Shown here: positions 42,019 through 55,520 of the stretch, piece by piece | Numbering within the stretch: the stretch's first letter is position 1 | Layout: each line of letters opens with the position of its first letter | DNA from: the human T2T-CHM13v2.0 reference genome, Homo sapiens | Assembly: GCF_009914755.1 (NCBI RefSeq) | Contig: NC_060926.1 | Reading direction: 5' to 3' (one strand) | DNA length: 64,000 nucleotides | The notes under the pieces: generated by a model | The model's database searches: none | The model's input: the letters and a program-made list of their open reading frames with translations, nothing else | What the model was told of the DNA's origin: nothing | Made by a program: the position numbers and the translations under genes

Positions 42019-44279
42019 AAATGACTAATTTTAATAGCTTTTTTCTGGGATCCATCCTGAAGTTACCAGTTTTCTGAAGAAAAGCATTTGAACCAAGAAT
42101 CCAAATGTGGGCTTCACTACAGAAAGGAGAAACACAGGGCAAAACTGTGTCTAGGCGCCCCTGAGACCACCCCAGGAGGACTGTTGGGCTCCCTGTGACC
42201 TGTTTTGGAACTCTGGGGGAGCTTTATCAGGGAATACACTTGCTGGAAGCTGCAGAATATGGGAGAGACTCCGATTGTAACAGGCAAGTTTCTGGTGAGA
42301 CAAAAATGGATTAAACCAAGACTAATGCCAGGCATCAGAGACAGCAAAATCATCCAATTTATCATCCTTCCCTCAAGGCTGAGAGGTTTTTAAGTAGTTT
42401 GGAAAAACTTGGAAAGGGATAGGGAAAGCTTGAGAATAATTTAAAAACTTGTCCCCTGCAGGCCAGTTTGCTAAAAGCCGAGTTTTACCAAAAGGCTAAA
42501 GCAGTAATTAAAGCAAAAAGCCTTTGAAAAGGAATCTTGAACTACCCCATTAACAGAGATTACAGGGTATGGTTAGTAAACACCAGAGTATTTAAAAGAG
42601 AGTAGTGACACAGAAATGAATGCCTTGTGAAAAGACGAATTTGGTCACCACAAATTATAGAAACTTTCAGAATATACAGAGAATGCCTGTAAGCCAAATG
42701 GAACTGTTGGTAGAACTGAGTTAAAAAGTGTTTTCTGTAGAGTTTCATTTGTAAACGTGATTTTTAAGAGTACAAGCTGAATATTACTTAAAATGCCAGT
42801 AGGAAAAAAAGTCACACCCCTTTCCTAGTAACTGCTTTTTGAACCTGAAGTTTTTGGAAAGAAGCATCGGTTTCTGAGTATGATCTGAAAGTACTGGCTT
42901 TAATAAGGTCTTTCTCCGAGAATTGTTGCTTATCTTACAAGGCAGAAGTGACAAGGATGGTACTCAGCACTGGGGCATTGGGTATCAATGGTGAGCTCAT
43001 CTCTGTTTCAGGAAGGAGCTGACCAGCGACATCTCATTCCAAAAATTGCCAGATAGATGCAGCACTGAGCTGCCTCCCAGGTCATCCCAACTGATTAATG
43101 TGGAGATCTGCAGACTAAAGCAAAGAGAAAAGTGATTTGAATGGACCTGAGGGACTTTATCCTCCACTATGAGGTTGCAGGGGGTGCCTTCTGTGACGGT
43201 ACCTTTGTAAGTTATTACAAACCTACTGGTGGAAAAACCTTGACTGAGTTCCACTCTGAATCCCAGTTGTAGAAGCATCATGAAATTGAGCACAGGAAAG
43301 ACTAGGAGTAGGAAGAACTGGGTTTCGGACTCAGATTTGCCTGTTATTCGCCTGAGATGTCTGGCGTTGGTTGCTTGCCTTTCTGCAAGGATTGTAGGGT
43401 ACCGTCCAACGCATCTTGTATGTGGGGACATTTTGGAAACACATAATACTGTGTAAGCATTGTTATTAGTAGGTAAAATGGTAAAACTGAAATGAAACAA
43501 CGCCCTGCCCAGCCCCGCCACCCTAACAACTCATTTCCCCTTTAGGCATTTTCTTGTCAGTGGGTACAACACTTCTGTCAGTATCTTTGGCTCTGAGGAA
43601 GTCAGTGGAATGAATGACTTCAAGTCTTTGAAAAATAAATTCATGGCTTACTGTGGGCAGTAATTTGTTTTATCCCAAAGCCGGTAATGTGAGGTATTTG
43701 AACCAACCACAAATTAATTATCCTACTATATTTGCAGCAGTGTTAGGGTTACAGGTACAACCTAAGCACCATTGCCATATCATTCTGTTTCTGGACAATT
43801 AATAACATGCAACCGTGTTGGGACAACAAATCAGTGCTAACCTCTCTGGGGAAACTCAAGTGCAATTGTGAGATGTAAATCTCCATCCACAGGCTCTGCA
43901 AAGGGGGAAATATAGGAGTGGCTACTTACTATGTGAAATGCACAGACATGACTAAGAGTAGAGAGTTGTATATTCTGCCTCCCAAAATCCTCCTCATGTG
44001 GCTTTCTCCAAAGCCTTCTCAGAGGACACTGAATTCACCTAGGAACTTCGAGAAATGTGAGATGATTCAATTCTGTTGGCAGCAGTGCCTTTCCTGTTAC
44101 TGATTACTGGCTACCCGGGAGCTCATTTCCTTTGTACTGAGTCATGTGCACTCAGAGAGATATGACCAGGGAGTGATGTTATAGAAATTGCGTAAGTGTA
44201 GAGAAAAGGTTTGGTTCCCTTATTTTGCATGATGATCTCTCACTGTGCATTTTATTATGTTTATATTTAACTATGAAGT

Positions 44280-44520
44280 AATTGCTATTACTGCACTACT
44301 GTGTTTGATGCCTACCCTGTGTCAAACATTAGGTATTTTACGTTTATTATCTCCAATCCTAAGTAATGCCTTCAAGCTAGGTAGGTTTATTGATGAGGAA
44401 ACTGGTGTGGATAGGTCAAAATAAACTGTTTTAGGCCATGCAGGCTGAATTTGAAATCATCTAATCACCTTTGTAAATCTGACAGGGCCTGAGCTCTTTA
44501 GGTCAAACCTGCTGCCTCCC
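44280..44520 (-). mobile_element. MIR
   Basis: tgcctaccctgtgtca...gatgaggaaactgg. Confidence 0.65.
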
Positions 44521-44842
44521 ATGTTTAGGGGAATAGGCTTAAGAAGTTCAGGGAAAGTACTTGCCTGTTGAGGCATGTTTTCTTAGTTACAAAGGGCTTA
44601 AATTGTTTTGTGGGTATGTGAAACATTCTTCCCAGAAGCTGAAAGCCTCCTAGGGATTCCCTCGTTCTGTGTTTTGCCCATTCTTTAAGTCACGGATGCC
44701 CAATGTGAAGAGATCACATATGTTCATGATGCCCCGTGATCATCATTGTCATGCTGTTGCCTGAAGGGGGACCAGGAATAGATTGGCATCCTGGATTTTG
44801 TGACTTAATAGTTGATTCATTGGATAAATGGTTGTCTCATTC

Positions 44843-45325
44843 TTTTTTTGTTAATGGCTTTATTGAGGTATACTTTAAATGCCATAAAATTCACTCATTT
44901 TAAAGTATAGACCGAAATGATTTTTTTGTGGGGGAGTTTTCCTTGGGAGACAGGGTCTTGCACTGTCACCCAAGCTGAAGTGTAATGACACCATCTTGGC
45001 TCACTGCATCTTCTGCCTCCGGGCTCACCTCAAGCCATCCTCCTATCTCAGCCTCCCCAGGAGCTGGGACTACAGGCATGCACCATCACGCCCGGCTAAT
45101 TTTTGTATTTTTTGTAGAGACTTGATTTTGCCATGTTTCCCAGGCTGGTCTTGAACTCCTGAGCTCAAGGAATTCACCCGCCTAGGCTCCTAAAGTACTG
45201 GGATTACAGGCGTGAGCCACCGCAACCGGCCTTGAATGATTTTTAGTAGATTTACAGAGTGGTGCCACCATTGCCACAATCTAATTTGGAAATACTTCCA
45301 TTGCCCCAAAAGAAACTTTGCAACA
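44843..45325 (-). mobile_element. L1MB 3' end interrupted by AluJb (~44921-45231, minus)
   Basis: gctttattgaggtata...ataaaattcactcattttaaagt, resuming after the Alu at aatgatttttagtagatttacagag. Confidence 0.88.
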
Positions 45326-45436
45326 GTTGTGTCAGTTTTAAACTGCTCTTTTAAGGTACCCTTCTCTGATGTGCTATTAGGTTCTCTAGCTGGCTATGAA
45401 GAAGAAGAAATCATCTTTGAAAATTATTTAAGTAAA

Positions 45437-45610
45437 ATTTTTTTATTTTAATTTTTGTGGGTACATAGTAGGCATATATATTTATGGGGTACATGAGATG
45501 TTTTGGTACAGGCATGGAATGTGTAATAATCACATAATGTAAAATGGGATATCTTCCCTGAAGCATTTATTTTTTGTGTTAAAAACAATCCAGTTATATT
45601 ATTTAATTTT
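45437..45610 (-). mobile_element. L1MA (1-3 type) 3' end
   Basis: tttttgtgggtacatagtagg...ggggtacatgagatgttttg. Confidence 0.88.
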
Positions 45611-45619
45611 AATCAAACA

Positions 45620-45840
45620 ATATAGCACTCACCATATGTCAGGCACTGTTCTAAGTGCTTTGTGAAGATTAACTCATTGAATTCGTTGATTCCTCTTGAC
45701 ACACTTTGAGAAAGGTACTCTTAATATTTGTATTTTACAGATAGAGAAACAGAAGCATAGAAAAGGTAAATAGATTGGCCAGTGTCACAGAGCTGGTAAT
45801 GATGGAGTTGGGAATCAAAACGTGTTATTCTAAGCACTCT
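45620..45840 (-). mobile_element. MIR
   Basis: caggcactgttctaagtgcttt...ttttacagatagagaaacaga. Confidence 0.8.
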
Positions 45841-46759
45841 AAAGCACCTGATGAGACCAGAAAGAATGGGGGAAGCAGTAGCTAACTAGATGGATGGAAG
45901 GCATCAGGAAGAGTAAAAGCCAGTACCTTCTAGGAAACAGCCAGAGCTTCAGATAGCCCTGGGTCTCAGATGCCTTAGTACAGAATAAAATAAGATCCGA
46001 TAAATCCATCCTGGTGGTCTGCATGGCATTTGTCAGTAATCTAGGATTCCTCTGTCCATTTACCCTCCTCTTCTTTGCCTTGGTATCATAGGGAGCAAAA
46101 CATGCTTTGATGGACTTTTGCTTTCTATATTGGACCTCAGAGAGCTAGAGTGATGTGCTTTTGAGGTCCCTTACCTGAGGGAGTTGGGGGTTGGGGGTGT
46201 CTGTGTTCTGGTCAAAAGGTCCTTGGTGAAGGTCTGAAAAGCCTGGTCTGGAATGATCTGTGGGAGGAACTGGGCCCATTGCCCCATATCCTTAGCCCAC
46301 CTCCTTCCTCTTCTTTTGCAAATGGTTGTATTATAGTTGGTGGGTCTGCCCATTAACCTTGCCTATTTTGAAGCCTGGGACCTTTTCTTTGTTTAGGGGG
46401 AAGGCCTTTTGATCTCCTAGTGTGCTAGGATTCTGGGGAGGGAAGCTCATGAGGCTGGTATAGTCATTAAGTTCAGCTGTTCACTAAAAATTACCTTTCT
46501 CTGAATTTGGAAGATAGCAACCATGATAGTAATTCCCTCTCGGCCTCAAAGGGAAAATGACCACTCTAGTTTTTGTTTAGCATTCCCCTGTCCTTAGGGC
46601 ACAAAAACCTTGTGGAAGTATTCGGTGGTACACATGAAGGAACCCGGGCTGGGTGTCTGTCCACCTTTGTATTTAGTAAATATAACGGATTAGCGCGTTT
46701 TGGTGGGAGGAAAATTTGACTCTTCATACTTAATGTGTAATGTACTTGGGATTTATTAA

Positions 46760-47092
<333 letters not shown>

Positions 47093-48999
47093 CGGGCCTA
47101 CCATCTTTTTATTCTACCAAGTTATGCCCCTCCATTTGCTTCTGGCAGACTTTCATCCAGTTCAAGACCCTTTTAACTTATCAAAGGTCACAAGAAGATG
47201 CTCAAGAGGGAATCAAAGTGAGTATGTGGAATGCAGGGTATTCTGTCAAAACTGTTAGAATATATTAAAAATTGGAAAAGCCAAAGCTTGAAACACTATG
47301 TCTGGTATAACACATTAGTTGCCCATAGGAACATTTTGATCAAGTGATGGCATTGATACAAGGGCGCTGAGTTTGTGTTGTTAATTCACTTTTAACTCTT
47401 CATGTATCATTTTTGTTCTAGTTGTAAACTGGAAGAAATTTTTGGAGCTGAAAGGAACTTTAGCAAACCTTCAAAATCAACCTGCTTATTTTACATAAGT
47501 AGGCATTGAAACCTAAGAATGGTCAAGTCAGTTTTCCAAACCCCTGTAAAGAGTTAGATGAAAGGAGCAGTCCAGTTTTCTGGGTTAATTTTCTGGTGCT
47601 TTCACATCCTGAAAATCCAATATGGGCCTTATTATAAAGCTATAGACGGGTCTATGAGATCTTTCTAGGTAAGAGTGCTATGTGCTATTTCAGTAAAGGA
47701 ATTGGAGACAGAGTTATTTGAGATGGAGTAACTGCCAAGTGGTCTTATAATTTCCCTCCATTCTGTCCTGGTGATTAATCCTAAATTGGACTTCAGAATT
47801 CTCAGTTCAGTGTGATAAAAATGTTAGTAAAATCTCTGTACATGGCAGTTATAGAAACTTGTTTATTACATAATCTTTTTCTGACAATTCTGTTCTTAAA
47901 TATCTTTGGCTTAATTTTCAAACAAAAACCAAAAATAAAAATAAATGATTGGTAGTCCTTCTAATACTTGTTCTAATTATACTGCTTTTTAATGATCAAA
48001 AAAGTATTTTAACAAAACAGCCATATATCTTAATATGCCAGAACCACTTAAAGTTCTACAGTCGTGTTTATACCAGGTATTTTTATTGTGAAACATGCCC
48101 CAAACACATCTTGAGCGGAGCTTTAAGTATGTCTTGTCTATAACATTGGAAAGAGATATGAACCCTCCTTTGGTTAATTGAAGTCAAGGTGTAATGCCTT
48201 TGTGGTTTCCCATGTGTTTCTAATCAATAGTTCTTGGCGGTTTCCAAACGACTTCCCCCATCCCATCTCTCTGGTATGAGCACTTCAGGAAACAAACTGT
48301 ATTAACTTTGGCCAGAATACACAGAGAGGGTTGCAGGACCTTTTAGCAATTTTCTGTGGAGGATTCTCTGACCTGGTAGGTTGAATATCTCCTCTGTTAG
48401 CCTTTGGGTATACGTTGTGATAGATTTATGGTAGGGATAAATCATTTCCAGGATGATGAAGAAGTTTTAACATCTACCTCATTGTGTTATATAAAAATAT
48501 TTAAGTGTTATGGCATCTGAGTAAATGGAGATGGGTGACAGGGAGAAAGGGAGTGAGGAAGAGAAGCTCAGGGTTCTTTAGGCCACAATGGACCTTGAGC
48601 TGTGTGTCATTGGCTATTTATTTTTGTGTGTCTGTGGCTGAAATGCTCTCCAGAATAGCTGTAGGAATAACAGCTGTTATTAGGAGTAAGTCAGACAGGG
48701 TACTTGTGTATTTAGAAGACCTTTTAAGCACTGGTAGCAGCCTAGACAAGCAGCCGGTAGAGATATAAGACAATGGCCCCTCGGTTGTGGTTGCCATAGC
48801 CCTTAGTATGTTTTATCACTTGCTTAGAGTTTTGTTCCAAAGGCAGGAGCCATGTGGCAGTGCACTTTCAGTGCCTCAAGCATTGTTTGTATGTATAGTT
48901 CTTGAAAATTCATCTCACTTTGTCACGTCACAAGATGAATACGTACTCAGACTTGATGTGAAATGCTTTCTTTTGATCATCAGTGCAGACACAGTGGTT

Positions 49000-49088
49000 C
49001 GACTTCATTAGTCAGAGGTGGGGCCCAGATACTGATGTTTTTTCAAAGCTCCCCAGATGATTCTGATGGGCAGCTGATACTGAGATTT
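49000..49088. mobile_element. MER5A fragment
   Basis: gtggggcccag...aagctccccagatgattctgatg. Confidence 0.7.
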
Positions 49089-49601
49089 TTTTTTTTTTGA
49101 GAAACACAGAAGCATATAAAACAACAATCTGTTTTGCATATATGCAGTACTTGGTATTTAGAAAAGCTGTTTATAGCCTATTCCTATTGTCAACTTGAAT
49201 TACCATAAGGAAATATATTTAAAGTTTAGCCTTATCACCTGTTTGCATTAGGCAGTGGTCTCTAAGAAGCCTAACAGGTATTTGTAAGAAAAGTAAATTT
49301 TAAGCACAACTCATCCATCTAAAGAAATACATAAAAAATCAAGCATTTGTGGCCCATACTCTTCCTGCCATGCCCGTTGGTCTCTACCTCATGGCTCACA
49401 TGGCATGTAATAGCGAGTCAGTGTTTTTGTTTTACAAAATCCTCTTCCAACTCCTCGTAGGAGAGGATTGTATCAACCTGGTTTGTTTCTCCTACTCTGA
49501 TGTTGGAACGGTTAGGAGCAGGAAATCATTCTGATTAGGTCCCAAACTAGCATAAAATGAAAATCAGTGCTAGTAACCCCTGAGTCCTAAAAGATAACTT
49601 A

Positions 49602-49967
<366 letters not shown>

Positions 49968-50209
49968 TGAAATCATTTTTTGTTGTTTTAATTTCCATTA
50001 TTGTCTTTTTTTTTCAACATAACATCTCTCTTAAAAATGAGACTAAAACTTTCAAGGTAATATGTGAAATGAAAACATTTCAAAAGGGTAGAACATGGGA
50101 AGACAAGACTTCCTCCTCTTCATGTAAATTCTATCCCCCAGTATTAACGTTTGAGATAACCTCTATGAAGCTTCTTATAAATCCTTCCAGAATCGTGTAT
50201 GCAGTCAAG

Positions 50210-50313
50210 CAGGGCCCCTGGGATTAGATATATGGATTGTATTTAGATTATAGTAGGAATGACTCCCCCTGGGTTTGTGCAGTGCACATACCCTTGGCCA
50301 CACGTGGTCACCC
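50210..50313. mobile_element. MER91-like hAT element inside an old L1M fragment (~50040-50585)
   Basis: cagggcc...tttgtgcagtgcaca...tcaccct. Confidence 0.5.
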
Positions 50314-51334
50314 TATATGCAGAGTATACTCTACCTTTAAAACAATACAACATAGGATTACATTCAGTGTACTGTGCTATACCTTGCCTTTTTCAATTAA
50401 CAGTATATAATGGAAACTTTGCCATTGTCTTTAAAGGATATTGTCACACTGCCAAATTGCCACATTCCCCCTTTGTAAAAGGCAACACCTATTTAAATTA
50501 CCAGTGGTGTATGAGAGTACCTGTCTCAACCCATTCTTGCCAACTTTGCATTTTATCAAACTTGAAAAATATTTGCTGATTGGTAACATATTCATTCCAA
50601 AAATGTTTTAAGTGACTTCTGTGTGCAAGGCTTCTTGCTCTATCCTGCAAAACAAAAGCAAATCAGAACCGTGCTTTCTTCTTTTCTAGATGTCTGTGGT
50701 TTAATGGCAGTGAGGGACAAAAAGCAAGCAAACCACAATTTACAATTATTTTATGTACAGATTTATCATGGAAACAAAGGGGCAGCTGTAGTAAGCCATT
50801 ATAGTTTAATGTAAAGTTTAAAATGCCATAGAAATATGGGTTATTGCTCTTTGTGTTGCCTGCAGTATTTTTCTTCTCATTTGTAAATATATTTTCCATT
50901 TAGTTTCTTGATGTCTTCTAGGTTAGCTTATTGCATAATTTAAGAGCCTTTTTCCTTTTGCTGCATCAAATATATGGTAGATAGCCAACTTTTTAAGGAC
51001 TCTCTTTTAAAAACCTTCCTGAAATGATACCATTTTATTCTTTTTGTAAAGACCCCTATAGAATATCTAGGGAGGTTGAGAAGTTTCTAGTATTTTGAAA
51101 TAAGAATTTATAGCAAACCCTGTGTTTTGACTAATTGTGTTCTATAATTCTGTGATGTGGCTATTGGTCATAAGTCATTAGTGACTTTGGATAGAGATAG
51201 TTCGAGTGGTGGGGTAGAAAGTGTTTCTAGTTATAATATGTCATATACCTCAAGGTCTAGTCTAATGTCTGATGCCATTTTTCTGGTCTGTCTAGAGATT
51301 CATCTAACACTGCTGCATGAAAATAGTTAAAGCT

Positions 51335-51642
51335 TGCATGTTCTCACTTACAAGTGGGAGCTAAATGATGAGAACACATGGGAGCATGGTGGGGAGCAAC
51401 ACACACTGGGGCCTGTTGTGTGTGAGGAGGGAGGAGGCAGGTGGGAGGAGGGAGAGCATCAGGAAGAATAGCTAATGGATGCTGGGCTTAATACCTGGGT
51501 GATGGGATGATCTGTGCAGCAAATCACCGTGTTTACCTACGTAACAAACCTGCACATCCTGCACATGTACCCCTGAACTTAAAATAGAAGTTGGAAATTT
51601 AAAAAAGCCTTAGAGGAACAAAAAAAAAAAAAAAAAAAGAAA
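51335..51642 (+). mobile_element. L1PA13-15 type 3' end, 5'-truncated
   Basis: gttctcacttacaagtgggagcta...gtacccctgaacttaaaa; TSD gaaaat(a/g)gttaaagct at 51319-51334 and 51643-51658. Confidence 0.93.
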
Positions 51643-52357
51643 GAAAATGGTTAAAGCTGAAGACAGCACGCAGTGTCCGACCAAATGTGTCCATGCAGAG
51701 CTGTCCCTTTCTAGGCCGGTGCCCCTGCCTTACATTGTGTGTAAACTCTTGATCCTTTTCTAGAGCCTAGTGAAGGGTCTAGCTGTGGGAAGTGGAGCAT
51801 GAACTGGAAATAACTTCCTGCCTCTAGCGATTCATTTTTCTTTTCAGCACCATTTCAGCGATAGAGGTTTTACTGAAATTTAAAGAGAGAAAGGCTAAAA
51901 GCTTAGTATTTCAATGTGCCAGCTATTGCTGACTTGCAGTAAAGAACTGTTGCCGAATTAATGTGGTTGGTATTTACTGACAGATCCCTTAGATAGCCCA
52001 CTTCTTTTGTCTTTTTTTTTTTGTTTTCTTTTCCCTTCTAAGACTTCTGTGGCATCTATCTTCAATTTGTCTTCAATTTTGGGGAAATGCTCTTTCTTTT
52101 TTAATTTCTAAGTTTTTAGAAATTGATGCTCTCAGATATGTCTGAATTGACACAGTATGATGGGGATCTAAGACCTGCTTTTGTGCCTGGGAGCCATGAA
52201 CGTTACACTAAGCAGTCGAAATTTCTGTGCTGTAGTTTTCTTCTCTGTAATATGAAGGTGCTGGGATAAATAATCTGACATCTTGCTTATTCAGCTCAAC
52301 AATTCTGTGCATATATTGCATTTACACATCTATCTTGGATTTTTAAAAGATGTGGCA

Positions 52358-52480
52358 TAGGTGATGGGTTGATAGGTGCAGCAAACCACCATGGCATACG
52401 TCGTTTACTTACGTAACAAACCTGCACATCCTGCACATGTACCCCTGAACTTAAAAACAAAAAACAAACCAACAAACAAA
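52358..52480 (+). mobile_element. Very short L1PA 3' end
   Basis: ggtgcagcaaaccaccatggca...cctgaacttaaaa; TSD aaaag(at/ca)gtggca. Confidence 0.9.
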
Positions 52481-52981
52481 AAAAGCAGTGGCAGCAGATG
52501 TGTGCTTTGAGCAGTTGGTTATATTGAAATTTTTATAATACTGGTTTTATCAAATTATGACTAATTATCCCTTCACTTGCAAAATAAAGTGGTTTTCATT
52601 TTCTATGTGGAAGTCAAGAGACTGTACTGTGCTTGAGTTTTGGAAATGAGTTCTCACGTTAGTCCATTTTAGAACTTGCGACCAGGCTATCCTTTGTCTC
52701 TTCCTTGACAGACAGCAGTGGGTTGCCAACGTGCCCTTGTGTGCACACTCACCTTTTCTCTTCTCTTTATTAATGTTCTGTTATAGGCAAAATGAACATT
52801 GTGCTGAAGGTGTGTTAACTCATTTAATTGGAGATGAGTGAAATATCATTTTCTAATGGCCTTCTGCATGCCTTAGAGCCCAGGCCTATGGGGTACGTTG
52901 AAGACGTGAACATTGTAATGCAAGTTAATGTTTATATACCTACTTTCACTTCCATTCATCTCTTTCTTTAAAGGTTGATTA

Positions 52982-53362
<381 letters not shown>

Positions 53363-54087
53363 TTAAAAGTGGACCATTAAAAAATGTAATTCCAAGATTG
53401 CCTTGCATCTGTTTTGAATGATTGTGTTTTGCTTTACAAGGGGCAGAATGACTTTTGGGGCCAAATGCTCAGCTGACTTTTTGTTCGCTGTTTTCTGCAG
53501 GGATCTTGAGAATAATGGTTCTTTTTAAGGCCAATTGTTACTTTCTTTCTCACACAAAGGAAAAAAGAGACTATCTTTAGGAAACACTGCTTTAAATCAT
53601 CTTCCTTGAATATTAATTCTCTGTTGCTTCCTCCAAAAATGGAGAAAATAATCCCTACCCTCATAGGCTTATTATAAGGCTCAATTATGATAATGGTGTG
53701 AAAACTTTGAAAATTAGACTTCAGAGAAATTGAGTTAATCTGGGATTATTTATCAATGTCTTAGTAACCAAAAGTTTAAAATGTGTTTTGTTTACCAACT
53801 GGTTGCATGTACATGGTTAATCCAAAAGGCTCAGCTTTTCAGCAAATGGAAAAAGATTAACTTCTTTATGGATCACATTATGAGATGAAACACATTTCAT
53901 TCTAGCTGCTGAAAAAATAGCAACATGTTTTTGAAACCATTGTGATTTTGTATTGCAGTCACTAAAACATCAAATATATCATTTTTATGTTAAAGTGCCC
54001 TAATTTGTGTTGTTACATAAAACTTGGAGTACCTTGACCAAATAGAAGAAATTAATGTGCCGCGTGTCTGTTTTAAAGATGAAATCT

Positions 54088-54389
54088 GAGCCCAGTGTGA
54101 GGCTCATGCCTGTAATCCCAGCACTTTGGGAGGCTGAGGCAGGAAGATTGCTTGAGTCCAGGAGTTGGAGACCAGCCCGGGCAACATAGGGAGACCTCAT
54201 CTCTACAAAAAATAAAAAATAGACAGACATGGTGGCACATGCGTGTAGTCCCAGCTTCTTGGGAGGCTGAGCTGGGACAATTGCTTGAGCCAGAGAGGTC
54301 AAGGCTGCAGTGAGCTGTGATCACACCACTGCACTCCTGGTCTGGGCAACAGAGTGAAACCCTATCTTTAAAAAAAAAAAAAAAAAAAA
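54088..54389 (+). mobile_element. AluJ
   Basis: Full diverged dimer with A-tail. Confidence 0.95.
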
Positions 54390-55210
54390 GATTTGAAAAT
54401 TTAAATCTTGAGAAGGATTCTGAAGATTTTTGAGAAAATATTTTATTCCTCTCTCTGTTATCTGTGTGTATGTGTATATACACATACAATTTTATGAAAT
54501 GTGGTTTATGTGATTGTTTTCAGTATTTGGCTAATATCTATGTAAAAGAAAAATGGGCCCACAGGCTGAATATGTGTTTTCTCCTCATAAATAGGGGACT
54601 GGTGGTTGGTTGCATTTCTTTTTTTTTTTAACAGTCTCAGATGATTCTGTCTTCATTTCCACTTTGCTCCCATTCTGGCATTGCCTGTGTGGATTGAGCA
54701 TGTGAAAGCTTGACATCATGATTCAATCATTCTCTGATTTTGCAATAATTCAAAGCAGAGCGGAAGCATTGTGAAAGAATCATGCCAGTTTTCTTAAGGT
54801 CTGATACACCCATCCTAATTTACAGTATTGTTCTAAAGATGCACCAGGAAACACACATGCATGCACACACACACCCTAGTGAGACATCTGAGGGGATTTG
54901 GCTGCCTCCCGTTCCTTTCCTGTCTCCTCCCTTTGTTTCCAGATGCATCAGCAGATGGCCGTCCAAAGCTCTAAATTTGTACCTTGTGTGACCTTTAGCC
55001 TGGAGAAAGGCAAATTTATTCTGAGGATAGACTTCCCTGCCATTGCAAGTAGACCTTCTGTCAGTTGTTATAAATAAACTCAAGTCTTTGGATGTTCCTT
55101 CTGAGGTTGAATTGGCATAGGGGGCCGTTAATTAAACTGTAGCCTTTCTTGGGACTCTAACAAATTTTAAAGATGAGTAAGACAACATTGGAGGTACTCC
55201 CTGATAGTCC

Positions 55211-55322
55211 TGCAGTGTAGGATAATACAGGAGAAGCTCCAGGATCCATCTCCTGAGAGCTGGCTTTGCAGCGTAGGATAATACAGGAGAAGCTCCAGGA
55301 TTCATTTCCTGAGAGCTGGCTT
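55211..55322. repeat. 56-bp tandem duplication
   Basis: 55211-55266 versus 55267-55322, 3 mismatches. Confidence 0.95.
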
Positions 55323-55339
55323 CAAAAGAAGTTTTCAGG

Positions 55340-55520
55340 TTGCATGGCAGGCATTGACATGGACTTTGGAGTCAGGCAGACCCGGGCTTGAGTTCTGCCT
55401 CTGCTCTATACTAGCAGCGCTTACCTCATGGAGCTGTTAGCATTAAATGAGGAGGTATTTATCTATCTGTCATTTCCCAGAACTGATCCAGGACCTAATA
55501 GGCGCTGAATAAATGGTAGG
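55340..55520 (+). mobile_element. MIR fragment
   Basis: ggactttggagtcaggcagacccggg. Confidence 0.7.

Noticed and set aside
42997-43521. 174-aa minus-strand ORF
   Set aside because: Non-ATG start, random-like composition, no recognisable family
51539-52456. ~45-nt identity between two sites 0.9 kb apart
   Set aside because: Both are L1PA 3' ends with their own separate TSDs, so independent insertions
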